This document shows, piece after piece, positions 15,519-27,750 of a stretch of DNA of 64,000 bases (position 1 is its first letter; each line of letters opens with the position of its first letter). Origin of the DNA: the human T2T-CHM13v2.0 reference genome, Homo sapiens. The stretch lies in NCBI RefSeq assembly GCF_009914755.1, contig NC_060947.1; one strand, written 5' to 3'. Below the pieces are notes generated by a model, which was not told where the DNA came from, did not search any database, and worked only from the letters and a program-made list of their open reading frames with translations. The translations under genes were made by a program, and so were the position numbers.

Positions 15519-15797
15519 CACATCCACAATCGCTTCTGTGAAACTCTTGGGACCAAATGGTTCAGAATTTGTCTCCCATACATACATAATATCTATGTCA
15601 AGGCCTGTAGTAATACTGTGGAATCTAATACAATGATATTTCTGTAGTGAAACATACAAATGTTCACTCCAAGATCTAAAGATTACAAATAGCATCATGT
15701 CAGTTCAAATCAGGTTTTATGGATAAATGAGTCAGGAAAAGTATGTTTTTCAAAGCATTTTGAATGTTAGACTTGTGCACAAGGGATTGTGAGTCTG
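15519..15797. mobile_element. TcMar-Tigger-type MITE (MER46C-like)
   Basis: Imperfect terminal inverted ends cacatccacaatcgctt / aagggattgtgagtctg. Confidence 0.5.
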
Positions 15798-15849
15798 AAT
15801 CATATTTCCGTCAACTCTTCTTGCCTTTCATACAATTTTTTTCTTTCTG

Positions 15850-18800
15850 TTATCTTTTTTATCATTGAAATACAACATTTAGATAGAAGATTGTGCAAAT
15901 CATAAGGGACAACAAGTTGATGACTTTTTACAAAGTGAACACATGCATGTAACAACCAGTAAGACCAAAATATAGAACATTACTGGCACCCCAGAAACTT
16001 ATGTTATACCCCTACCTAGTCATTACCCCTGAAATTTAAGCACTATTCTAACCTATGTTACTATAGAATTGTTTTGCCGGCTTTTTATACTTTATACAAA
16101 TGGAATTATAAATTATGTATATTTTTATGCCTGGTTTCTTTTGCTCAATATGAATGCTTTTAAGATCTGTACACTTTGTTGCATGTAGGGATATTTGCTT
16201 GTTTCGTTCCTGAACAGTATTCCATTGTATTAATATACCACAATTTATTCATTCAACTGTTGATATATATTTAGGTTGTTTCTAGTTTGTGACTATTTCC
16301 AATAATGCCACTGTGAACATCCTTATGTCTTTTGAAAAACAGGTTTATGTATCTCTGTTGGATATATACTTGTGTGGTAAGCAGAATTCTAAGGTGATCT
16401 CCAATGACTCTTGTCTTGGTATAATCTCTTCCCATTGGGTGTAGGTGGAACCTGTAAATATGATGAGATCTTACTTTTATGATTATATTACTTCATATGG
16501 CAAAAAGGATCTTGCAGATATAATTAAGGTCACAAATCAGTTGCCCTTAAAGTAGGTGAGGCAGACCTAATCAGGTGAGCACTTACAAGGGCCCAGGTTT
16601 TTGCTGAGAGATTCGAAGCATGAGAGAGCATTTGGAGGGGGCCACGTGACAAGGAACTGCAGGAGTCCTCTAGGTGATGAGTTGCTGCCCCTTGTTGACA
16701 GCCAGCAAAAGAATGGAGGGACCTCAGTACTACAGCTACAGGGCACTGGACTCAGCTGGCAACATAGATGAGTCTGCAAGGGCTTCTTCCCCAGAGATCC
16801 AGAAAGGAACACAGGAAGTCCAAGAGCATCTCACCCTGTGAGACCTTGAGCAGGGAAACCAGTCACATGGTGCACAGACCTCTGACCTACACAACTGTGA
16901 GCTAATAAATGAGTGTTGGTGTAAGCTGCTAAGACTGTAGCAATGTGTTTAACACCAACAGAAACCACTATAGATTTTGATACCTGGATGTGAGGTGTAG
17001 TCACTGTAAACACCTTAAAATGTAGATGTGGCTTTGGAACTGGATAGTAAGCAAAGGCTGGAAGAATTTTGAGATGCATGACAGGGAAAGCCTAAATTCC
17101 CTTGGACAGACTGGTAGTAGACGTCAGCTGGATATCCAAACTGCTTTGGAACTCCTCTTTTCTGCCTTCTGTTTTCTCCTGTATAAAATAGAATGTTTAT
17201 AGATGTTATCCTATGCCCGTCCCATCATTGTATGTGGTGGTGTTGGGGGAAGATAGCTTGTCACTTTAGTGCTGATGGTCCACAGTTGGAGAGGGATTTT
17301 GCCCTAGGAGTTTTACTGGATAGGATCATACCCAGGAATCTCATCCGTTCATGATTCAGATGATGAAATTCAGATGAGCTTTTGGAATTGAGCTGATGCC
17401 ATAATACAAAGAAATTTGGAGACTGTGGGATGGATTGAATGTATTTTATACGTGGGAAATACTGGATCACTGAGGGCCAGAGGGCAGGCTGAGGCAGGCA
17501 GAATTCTAAGATGACCTCTAATGACCTCTGGTCTTATATGAACTTCTCTTGAGTATAAGAGCAGCCTGTGAATATGATGAGATACCACTCCTATGATAAT
17601 GTTACACAATATGGGGAAAGAGATTTTGCAGATGAATTATGCTCCCAGATCAGTGAACCTCGAAATAAGGAGGTTGACCTGTGTGGGCCAGACCTAAGTA
17701 AGTGAGCCCTTAAGATGGCCTGAGCCCTTCCTGGGAGACTGGAAGTGTGCGAAGGAATATGTAGAGCTCTATGTGGCAAAGAACTGCATGAGGCCTCTAG
17801 GAGCTAAAAATTGAACTGAATTCTGCCAATTACCTGAATGAGTTTGGAAATATATTCCTCCTCAGTCTCCAGAAAGAAACACAGACTCACTGACCAATAG
17901 AACAGGCTGACTTCACCCTGTGAGACTTGAACAGAGTACTTGTAAACCTATAGAACTGGGAGCTTAAATAAATGGCCATTGTTTAAAGCCATTAAATTTG
18001 TGGTGATTTGTTACTCAGGGATAGAAAAGTAACATAGATGGAATTTCTGGGTTATAGAAAATGCATAAATTCAGCTTTAATAGGTACTCCCAAATAGTTT
18101 TCCAAGGGTACTAATTTACACTCCTACCGGCAGTTAGAGTTTCAGTTCCTCTATAGCCTCCCCTGCTCTTTATATTGGTAGTCATTCTAGCTATTCTGGT
18201 AGATGTTTGCTGATGTCTTCTTGTGATTTTAATTTGCATATCTCTGATGACTTATTTTGGGAAGTCTTTGTTATTTGTCAGTTTAATATCCTATTTTGTG
18301 AAGTACCTGTTGAAATATTGTGCCAGTGTTTAACTGCATTTACTTTTATTCTTTATTTTATTCTGTACATAAAACATTTTCTGAATGTGTGCGTGCATGC
18401 GTGTTTATTTGTAGTTAATGTTTTCCTTTATCGTTAGTGGTTTTTGTGTTGTGTTTTAGATATAATTTACCCCAAGGTCATCAAGATATGATTGTATCTT
18501 ATTTTCTAGAAGCTTTATCTTTTTGAATTCATTTTGTGTATGGCATAAGTTAGGAGCCAAAGTTATTTTTTTCTATATGGCTGGATATCCAATTTGTCCA
18601 GTTCCACTTACTTAAATGATTATCTTTCTCCCTGAGTACTGCATTGGTATCTTTGTTGTAAATAAGGTGATCATATGTGTGTGTCTGTTTGTGGACTCTC
18701 TTCTTGTCCTATTGGTCTATTTATCTATCTTTATCTAAACATATATATCTTTATTTATCTATTCCTGCGTAACAAAATGTTACTGTACACAAATCATACT

Positions 18801-19320
18801 ATCTTAATTATGGCTTTTCTGACTGTGAAAGTTCTTCAAATTCTTCTAGATGGCTTTGGCTGTTCTTAGATCTTTGATATCCATTCATATTTTAGAATCA
18901 GTTTGCTGGTTTACATTTTCAAATTATCTGTTGAGATTTTGATTTGTATTGCATTGAATACATAGACTGTTTGGATGAGAATTTTCTCTGATTTAATTTT
19001 CATAATATTCTAATCTACAAACATGACATATCTCTGATTAACGTAGGGCTTCTTTATTTAAGAAATGTCATGTTGATTTCTGGACAAAGGTCTTATGAAT
19101 TTTTTTATTAGATTTGTTCCTAGCTATTTGATATTTTCTGATGCTATAGGAAATGGCAATTTTAAAATTTCCTCTTTATACTTTTTACTGCTAATATGTG
19201 GAAATACAATTCCATTGTGTAATATTGACCTTATGTCCACTGATTACACCAAATTCATTTATTCTAATATTTGATATATATTCTTTAATTTTTAAGTGTA
19301 AAAAACATGTTGTGTCTTTT
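15850..19320 (-). mobile_element. Ancient L1MC/ME antisense, interrupted by MLT1 at 16373-18036
   Basis: T-rich antisense L1 3'UTR/ORF2 remnants on both sides of the MLT1. Confidence 0.65.
16373..18036 (+). mobile_element. MLT1 (E/F-like) with two LTRs (~16373-16972, ~17490-18036) and an internally deleted body
   Basis: Both LTRs begin tg..g.a.gcagaattctaag. MaLR-int start gattttgatacctgg...gtggctttggaactggatagt; int end gggccagagggcaggc. Confidence 0.75.
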
Positions 19321-19656
19321 ATTTTTTCAAGAGCTGAGAAACCTTTCCCCCCAAAACCTTAAAACACAAGCATCCATATCTTATTGACTGCAACTGGGAA
19401 ATGACTATTCCCAAACCAGTCACTGGAGTGGTAGTGAGATTACTATGACCTGGTTAGTCAATCACACTACTATATATATATCCGCTACACTGTGTTATAA
19501 ATCAAATTTTCTTTATTTTAACCACATACGTAAATATTTAGACATTAATTTTATTAGAAGTTTGAACATCTCTGTTGGATTGATAATTGTGGAATATTCC
19601 TCCATCTAAATGAGCTGAAATTACAGATCTTAAATTTTATAAATTCTTAGCAATCA

Positions 19657-19948
19657 GGCCAGGCCTGGTGGCTCATGCCTGTAATCCCAGCACTTTGGGA
19701 GGCCAAGGCAGACAGATCACTTGAGCTCAGGCATTCAAGATCAGCCTGGCCAACATGGTGAAACCCCATCTTTACCAAAAATACACAAATTTAGCTGGGC
19801 ATGGTCGCACACGCCTGTAATCCCAACTACTCGGGTGGCTGAGGCAGGAGAGTCACTTGAGAGGGGGAGGCTACAGTAAGCTGAGATCACACCACTGTAC
19901 TCCAGCCTAGGCTACGGAGTGAGACTTGGTCTCATTTTAAAAAAAAAA
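19657..19948 (+). mobile_element. AluJ-like
   Basis: ggccaggcctggtggctcatgcctgtaatccc..., older diagnostic cacttgagctcagg. Confidence 0.9.
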
Positions 19949-20222
<274 letters not shown>

Positions 20223-20467
20223 TAAATTATTAAGCAATGAGTAGTATGCTTAATATGTGAAAAATATTTGTGGCTTATTCAGGAATAATGAATTTTTTAA
20301 ATGGCTTAGTTTATTTCAAAAATATACTGTTGATTATAAAATACAAAAATATCAGAATATTTAATATGTACATATATCAGACTTTTAAACATAGTTATCA
20401 GTCACTGGTAAAATTGCTTGTGATTTAAATTATCTTAAACTTTTCTAAATTATCTAAATTCCATACT

Positions 20468-20677
20468 GCAAGGTTTGCCAAACTTCACACAACTGGCATT
20501 TTGGACCAGATAATTCTGTGTTGTTGGAGGCTCTCCTGTGCATTGAAGGGGTTGAGCAGCATCCTTGATGGCTATATACTAAATGCTGGTAGAACTCCTC
20601 CTCCCCAATTATGGCACTCTTCAGACATTTTAAAATTTCCCCTGCAGGGCAAAATTCCCCTAGCTGAGAACAACTGT
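20468..20677 (-). mobile_element. MER20 (hAT-Charlie) DNA transposon
   Basis: gcattttggaccagataattctgtgttg...caaaattcccctagctgagaacaactg matches the MER20 consensus as recalled. Confidence 0.75.
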
Positions 20678-21989
20678 ACTATGGTGAACAAAATTTTAAT
20701 AACTAGGTAGATGTAAAAATAAACAGATGTAAATATAGATCAGTAGATACAGTACATCATGGTTTTTTTTTTAATCTCGTAGCCATTTTCCTATGGCATT
20801 AAAAATTTTTCAAAAACATCCTGTAACATCCTATATAAGTTTATTCTCTAGGCATCTAGCATTCTACTGGAAATTGGGTTGTTTCAGATTTTTAAAAATA
20901 ATTGACACTATAATAATCACCTTTGAGCATATAACACTGTAAAGATATGAGTATATTTTTTAGAATTAATGCCTGGAGAGGAATTATGCATTTCATATAA
21001 GACTTTTTATAGGTATCATCATATCATCAAATTTTCATCTTGGAAGGTGCTATGAATTTATAATTCTATCCAGTAGTATATATGAGAGCTTGTTTTGTTA
21101 TAATAGCTTAAAACCTGATTAAACATAATTCTTTTCAGAAATACAGTAGCTATATTTGCTTAGTACAAGAGTGATATATGCTCATTGAAACCATTCAGAA
21201 GATGAAGTATGAAAAGAACGAAAAACCACACTTTCAGATTTTTTTAATGAGTACATAGATACATATATACTTTTAAATGGAACAGAGGCAAAGAGAAAGG
21301 TGAGGATATTGAAGACAACAATGGAGTTAAAAAGAGGGGCTTCTTTAAAGTTTGAGATCTTGGAGGATAGCAAAACAATAAGTAGAAGACATATATATTC
21401 CTTTAAAGAGAGCAAGGGTAGATAGCATTTTAATTATTACTAAGTCAGGGACCACGACTAAGGCCCACGGAGATTCAAGAAAGGAGGAAAACTCTCAGGG
21501 AATAGATTGAAATGACTCCCAAGTGGAAAAGTGGATCCATAAAACTGGTGAAAGTTGGCCTACAGAACAAAGAGAATAGCTATAAGTGGGGTTCATACCC
21601 CAAAATTTCAACTATACAGGGAACAGTGGTTAACATGGTCATAACAGAATCACTGATTCCCACCATCTTCCTGATCTTTTCAACTGAGCAAGTTTTCCCT
21701 GTTTCGGTAAGTGGCACCATCATCCATAAAAATATAGGATTCATCATTTACTGCTGTCCTTCCCTCATGATCTCACAGCCGTTCAAGTTTCCAGCAGAAG
21801 TCCCAGACATCGAGGAACACAGACAATCCATCCCCACTATGTACCGTCTGAATTCTAGCTCTACAAAATCCATGGGAATGTTAAAATGGATGTTGTTTCA
21901 TGACACTAAATTGTGGAATAATGATGAGCAGACATATTCTGTTCATTTTTCTTCTTCACTTATGTCTATCCTGTATTTTATCAATATTT

Positions 21990-22530
21990 TGTTTTCCATA
22001 TTCCATTCTTATTGAATTCCTATTCTATCCTTCATAAACTGTATTCTATATTTCATTCTAAATTTCATTCTATTCCGGTATTTAAAAATCTATACTGTTT
22101 ATTTCATAGTCCATTTATTTCAGGCCATTGCACATTTTGTTCCGTTCTATATTCCTTCCAATTTTGATTTCCTTTTATTTTCTTTAATATTTTATTTCAT
22201 ACTGTATTGCACTCATTCCTTTTCTCATATATTTTTATTTTATTCCATATGACATTAGATATTTCTTTCCATTTTCTGTTCCATTCCATTTTCCAATTAA
22301 ATTCCATTAAATTTCCAATATTCCATTCCACATCCTGTTCAAACCCGTATTCTACTCCCCATTTTATTCCAGTTTCCATTGCAGTCTCCATTTCATCCCA
22401 TCCTGCATACCATTTCAAATCCATTTTCCATACTATATTATTTAACACTCCAAATACCATTCCATTCTATTTTTGTGTTGCATTTCAGCCCAATTGTTCA
22501 CCAATTCCATTAAATATCCGATTTTATTGT
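21990..22530. repeat. Degenerate (ATTCC/CATTC)n pentamer tract
   Basis: Recurrent ttccat/attcca/ttccattccat over ~540 bp; strongly pyrimidine-biased + strand. Confidence 0.7.
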
Positions 22531-22602
22531 GCTCAAAATGTTATAACAGTGACATTCAGGAGACTAGTTTGCCAATATTTTTAATCAAAGAATTACAAAT
22601 GT

Positions 22603-22922
<320 letters not shown>

Positions 22923-23569
22923 AATTACAAATGTTCATAGACTTGTACCAAGAATTTTCTCTTCTGGGAATTTATCCACAATGACACATTTAAGGATATG
23001 AACAATTTTTAATGAGAAGGATGTGTCTCACAATGATGTAAAATGTTGGAAACAGCATAAACGGTGGCCAATATGGGAATGTTTGAAAATGTAAACTTCT
23101 TTTATAAATGGAGTATTTTGTAATTTAAAGTGGCCTCGTAGAAATTTGTTTACTGACATAGAAAATGTGCTTTCTGGAACCCAAAGCAGGTTACAATGCA
23201 GTATCTATGGAGAAACTATTCCATTTCATAAAATAAAAAATTTAAAAAACTATGAAATATGTATGAATAGGGCCTTTCTACCAAAGTCTAAGTAAAAATT
23301 TCCAGCACTTTCCCATGGGTGCCTGAGGACTTAGGTGTAGTTTTCTTACATTTGCTTTTCTGTTTTGAGTACTGAACATGACACCTTTTGTAATAAATAA
23401 TGACTAAAAATGAGTGGCCAAATATTAAACTTCAAGTCTATACATTACAGCATATTTATATTAATTAGGAGCTAGAGACCACACTAAATAAATTAATATA
23501 TGTTCATCAGCGGATTACTACGCAGCCCATAAAATATTTAAGGACGGTGTCACCCTTAACCTTAGGCAA

Positions 23570-23945
23570 TCCCTAACTGTGCCTTGGGGGAAAAGGCACA
23601 GTTCTAAATCCCCCTCTGGTGTGTGGGACCTGAGGTGTGTGGGACCTGGGGGAAGCAGCAGTGCTGAACATCCGGAGGCAAGACGGTGTGGGCCCCTTCC
23701 CTTTTCTCGCCTTCAGGCCTCTGTATAACCCTAAAACCCACCAGACCCCACATGGGGTCATCTAGATGCCTGGAGGAGTTCCAGGGTGGTCCCTTCGGGC
23801 GTCATGCCTGGTTTCATTGTCCTGACCGGGTGCGAGGAGGGACACCTGGCCAGGAGATATAACCTGCCGGCCAGTGTGGCATTTCTTTCAAATGACCACT
23901 TAAGCCTCAGCCACGATTTGGGGTGACTCAAATCGTTCATGTGGA

Positions 23946-23977
<32 letters not shown>

Positions 23978-24301
23978 GTGTCTTAGGGACGGACACACAC
24001 AAACACGTGTCTTAGGGGCCCCGTGTGAGGAGAGGAGATTCACACTACTGACCCAGCAACCAGGGTCGACCCCAGAGGGCTGGAGCACACACTCCGGGTT
24101 GACGATAGGCGCCTGGCTCTGGGTTGCACGGCTCCGGATTGGACGGCTCCCGGGAAGAGAGAGGAGTCATCTGACGTCCAGCTCGCCAATCAGAGTCGAG
24201 GACTGGCTGGGCTCCACCCACCTTCTTGCTCTACCAGTTCGCGCTCTCCTCCGGCAGAAGTAGCAGCTGCGCTCTTGCTCTCTGGGGGAGAACCTGGCGT
24301 T
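23570..24301 (+). promoter_or_regulatory. EZHIP CpG-rich, TATA-less promoter/5'UTR
   Basis: GCCAATCAGA (CCAAT 24186-24190), inverted CCAAT 24138-24142, CRE-like TGACGTCC 24172-24179, CCACCC box ~24214, AP-1 TGACTCA 23924-23930, E-boxes CACGTG at 23975 and 24004, (CA)n at 23946-23976. Confidence 0.7.
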
Positions 24302-25813
24302 ATGGCCACTCAGTCAGACATGGAGAAGGAGCAGAAGCACCAGCAGGACGAGGGGCAGGGAGGGCTGAACAACGAAACCGCCCTTGCCTCCGGGGATGCC
24401 TGCGGGACCGGGAATCAAGATCCTGCTGCTTCCGTCACCACAGTCTCCAGCCAAGCATCTCCCTCGGGCGGCGCCGCCCTAAGCAGCAGCACAGCCGGTT
24501 CTTCCGCTGCAGCCGCCACCTCCGCCGCCATTTTCATCACCGATGAGGCCTCGGGGCTGCCAATCATAGCTGCTGTGCTGACGGAGAGGCATTCTGACCG
24601 CCAGGACTGCCGCAGTCCTCACGAAGTTTTTGGGTGTGTGGTGCCCGAGGGGGGCAGCCAGGCCGCTGTGGGGCCCCAGAAGGCCACTGGCCACGCCGAC
24701 GAGCACCTGGCCCAGACCAAGAGCCCCGGGAACAGCCGTCGTAGGAAGCAGCCCTGCCGCAACCAGGCTGCCCCGGCTCAGAAGCCTCCAGGGCGGCGTC
24801 TGTTTCCTGAGCCTTTGCCGCCATCTTCTCCAGGGTTCCGGCCCAGCAGCTATCCCTGTTCCGGGGCTTCTACGTCGAGTCAGGCAACCCAGCCAGGCCC
24901 TGCACTCCTAAGCCACGCATCTGAGGCAAGGCCTGCTACCCGAAGCCGCATCACCCTGGTAGCTTCTGCTCTCCGCAGACGTGCATCTGGTCCAGGCCCT
25001 GTCATCCGAGGCTGCACCGCCCAGCCAGGCCCTGCTTTTCCACACCGCGCCACTCATCTAGACCCTGCTCGTCTAAGCCCTGAATCTGCGCCAGGCCCTG
25101 CCCGCCGAGGCCGTGCATCTGTGCCAGGCCCTGCCCGCCGAGGCTGCGATTCTGCGCCAGGCCCTGCCCGCCGAGGCCGCGATTCTGCGCCAGTCTCTGC
25201 CCCCCGAGGCCGCGATTCTGCGCCAGGCTCTGCCCGCCGAGGCCGCGATTCTGCGCCAGGCCCTGCCCTTCGCGTCCGCACAGCAAGGTCAGACGCCGGT
25301 CATCGCAGCACCAGCACGACGCCAGGCACTGGCCTCCGGAGCCGTTCCACCCAGCAAAGATCAGCCCTTCTCAGCCGCCGCTCTCTGTCTGGGTCAGCTG
25401 ATGAGAATCCTTCCTGTGGGACTGGCTCAGAAAGGCTTGCCTTTCAGAGCAGATCAGGCTCTCCTGATCCTGAGGTCCCAAGCCGTGCTTCCCCGCCTGT
25501 TTGGCATGCAGTCCGTATGCGTGCCTCCTCACCCTCACCCCCTGGGAGGTTCTTCCTTCCCATCCCTCAGCAGTGGGATGAGAGCTCCTCCTCCTCCTAT
25601 GCTTCCAACTCCTCCTCCCCGAGTAGGTCTCCTGGCCTAAGCCCCTCATCCCCTTCCCCTGAGTTTTTGGGCCTGAGATCTATCTCCACTCCTAGCCCTG
25701 AAAGCCTTAGGTATGCTTTGATGCCTGAGTTTTATGCTCTGAGCCCTGTCCCTCCAGAAGAGCAGGCAGAAATAGAGAGCACAGCTCACCCCGCAACACC
25801 GCCTGAGCCGTGA
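24302..25813 (+). CDS. EZHIP: EZH inhibitory protein (CXorf67), 503 aa, single exon, intrinsically disordered PRC2 inhibitor
   Basis: ATG at 24302 in strong Kozak context (G-3, G+4), MATQSDMEKEQKHQQDEGQGG...TPPEP*. K27M-like peptide WHAVRMRASSPS with M406 at 25517-25519; Ser-rich C-terminus; central 11-aa repeats. Confidence 0.98.
   Translation: MATQSDMEKEQKHQQDEGQGGLNNETALASGDACGTGNQDPAASVTTVSSQASPSGGAALSSSTAGSSAAAATSAAIFITDEASGLPIIAAVLTERHSDRQDCRSPHEVFGCVVPEGGSQAAVGPQKATGHADEHLAQTKSPGNSRRRKQPCRNQAAPAQKPPGRRLFPEPLPPSSPGFRPSSYPCSGASTSSQATQPGPALLSHASEARPATRSRITLVASALRRRASGPGPVIRGCTAQPGPAFPHRATHLDPARLSPESAPGPARRGRASVPGPARRGCDSAPGPARRGRDSAPVSAPRGRDSAPGSARRGRDSAPGPALRVRTARSDAGHRSTSTTPGTGLRSRSTQQRSALLSRRSLSGSADENPSCGTGSERLAFQSRSGSPDPEVPSRASPPVWHAVRMRASSPSPPGRFFLPIPQQWDESSSSSYASNSSSPSRSPGLSPSSPSPEFLGLRSISTPSPESLRYALMPEFYALSPVPPEEQAEIESTAHPATPPEP
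25082..25279 (+). repeat. Coding 33-bp minisatellite, six units (DSAPGPARRGR-like)
   Basis: Units such as gattctgcgccaggccctgcccgccgaggccgc repeated in tandem. Confidence 0.95.
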
Positions 25814-26098
25814 CCCTCTATAAGCATCCTCTAAGACCCACAGAAGGAATCAACATTTACCCACTTTGTGAATGGGCTGCCTGCCCTGTAGTTAGCTGCG
25901 AGGTCTCCCAAAGTTCCAGCCGTTAACCAACATCCTGAGTAGTTTAGAAGCCTCTCCTCCCCATGACTCCACCACCTAGCACTTAACCTGCTGTTGGCCT
26001 TTGATTCTGGGCCACCTTCTTCCTCAAGAGTTTGCCTTTGCCCTTGAGCTGAGATTTCTGTTTTCCAAGTTGCTTTTCTGTTATGAAATGTTTTAATT

Positions 26099-26150
26099 AG
26101 TAAAATAAATTGTTTTGTTTAAACAAAATGTAGAGGTGTGTTTTTTTATT
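26099..26150 (+). terminator. EZHIP polyadenylation signal
   Basis: AATAAA 26104-26109 (overlapping AGTAAA), followed by a GU/U-rich element gtgtgttttttt at ~26136-26148; gives a ~300-nt 3'UTR. Confidence 0.75.
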
Positions 26151-27439
26151 GCGGTTCGAAAAATCGTTAATCCTATATCATATTTGGAGGGTTAAAGAAA
26201 GTTGTTAACATACTAGCTGACTCTTTGGACGAGAGAAGAAATAAAATACTGTCCTAGCAATAATTTATTCCCACTGGCTGAAATGGAGTTCTGTGCAGGA
26301 AGTTCCCACTTAGGTCTATATACCCTCTTAGCAGAGGTGATTTGCAACTTGGGCAAGAAAAGGGGCCAGGGTCTAACCCAGGTGGCTGGAGAAAAGGAGG
26401 GGTGATGGAGACATCCAGGGTCAGGAAAGGAGCAGGGAATGATGAAGTTTGGGATGAGAGGTAGGGAGACGATAACCCAGATGGGAGTAGGGAAGCTGGG
26501 AGGAAGATCCAGAGTCAGGAAATGGGGAACAGCAGGAGTCAGAAGCTTGAGAGGGGAATATCTTAGATTCTAAAGGATAAAAAAATGTTTATGTGTGGGG
26601 AACGGGCTCCTGAGGTCTTTGGGGGTGGGGAGAATGTGGGAGGGTGATTTGGGGCTAATAATTGATGGGAAAATGGTCAGACATTCAGTGGAAATACGTG
26701 TTAATCGATAATGTTACTGTAACAAAAATAATTGTAACTGAGTTTGAGCAGATATGTGAGGGTGTGTGTGTGTGTGTAGACATTTGGAGAGAACTACATG
26801 GGCATACACCATGCTGTGAACAAGGTGTATATCTTTTTTTTAATAACTGGTGATATGGTCTTCTATAATCTACAAGTTCCACATTGACCATATAACTATT
26901 TTTTTAAATTAAACTCCGCTGTTTTTTGAAAATTTAAGTTGTAGAAACATAATAGGAGAGACTACATTAAAAGAACAGAGTGAAAAAATATAAAGCAAAC
27001 CAGCAAAAGAAACTCCCTTTCCCTCCTTTCTCATATTTCTCCTCTCCTTTGCTATTCTGGTATGTGAACAGTACAAGCATAGTCCTGACCAAAAAGGGCC
27101 CTGGTCACAATTTGGAGGGTCCTGTTCAGGCCCTGCTCATGCTTTATTCACACCACAAAGCTAAGAGTCCATGGGGGATAAGTGGGACCTGTGTGCCCAC
27201 CAGGTCCCAACATCCTGCCACTTTTATAGAAAGTGTTTCAGGTACCCTCATTCTTCAAGGCTGTTTCTAGGGCTTGCAAGGCCGTATTCTCAGGGTCCTT
27301 CCTAAGGAAAGAACACATATTTTAAAAGCTCTCACTTTGTTATATTTCTTTTTCTTGAGTAATTCTAGATATCCAAAGACTAAGACAAAAAGTAGACAGT
27401 TCCAATGCAGCAAGTCACAACCTCCCAGTATTGGAGGGC

Positions 27440-27750
27440 CTACATTTATTCCCATTTCACAGATGTGGAAATTGAGGCTCAGAGCAATTTTGTGATTTTC
27501 AAAATCTCATAGCTAATAGAGCTTGGCTCCAGAGTCAGAATTCCTGGGTTTGAATTCTGGTGTTCCTATTGAATCACTGTGTGACCCAGTGCAAGTTAGT
27601 TAACCTGGGATCCAAAGCTTCTGCATTTGTCAATTGGGCACAGTAAGAGTGTACGTCTCCAAGATTATTGTAAGGATTAAAATGGATGGTGCATATTAAG
27701 TGCTTCCAACAGTGTCTTGCACATCGTGAGTGCCCAGTACAGATGGTTCT
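27440..27750. mobile_element. Two MIR fragments (opposite orientations)
   Basis: attcccatttcacagatgtggaaattgaggctcagag; cctgggtttgaattctgg...tgtgtgaccc...gtaaggattaaa. Confidence 0.65.

Noticed and set aside
21512-22584. 167-aa and 125-aa ORFs upstream of EZHIP
   Set aside because: Lie over old repeat-like and pentamer low-complexity DNA; no recognisable domain.
24275-24301. 9-aa N-terminal extension of EZHIP (512-aa ORF call)
   Set aside because: Starts at TTG. The first ATG (24302) has a strong Kozak context and gives the known 503-aa protein.
25082-25279. CRISPR-like array
   Set aside because: Head-to-tail coding minisatellite with no unique spacers, in eukaryotic DNA.
24226-25649. Overlapping alternative-frame and antisense ORFs within EZHIP (e.g. 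25113-25640, 175 aa)
   Set aside because: Explained by high GC and the stop-free 33-bp repeat; several use non-ATG starts and none has recognisable homology.
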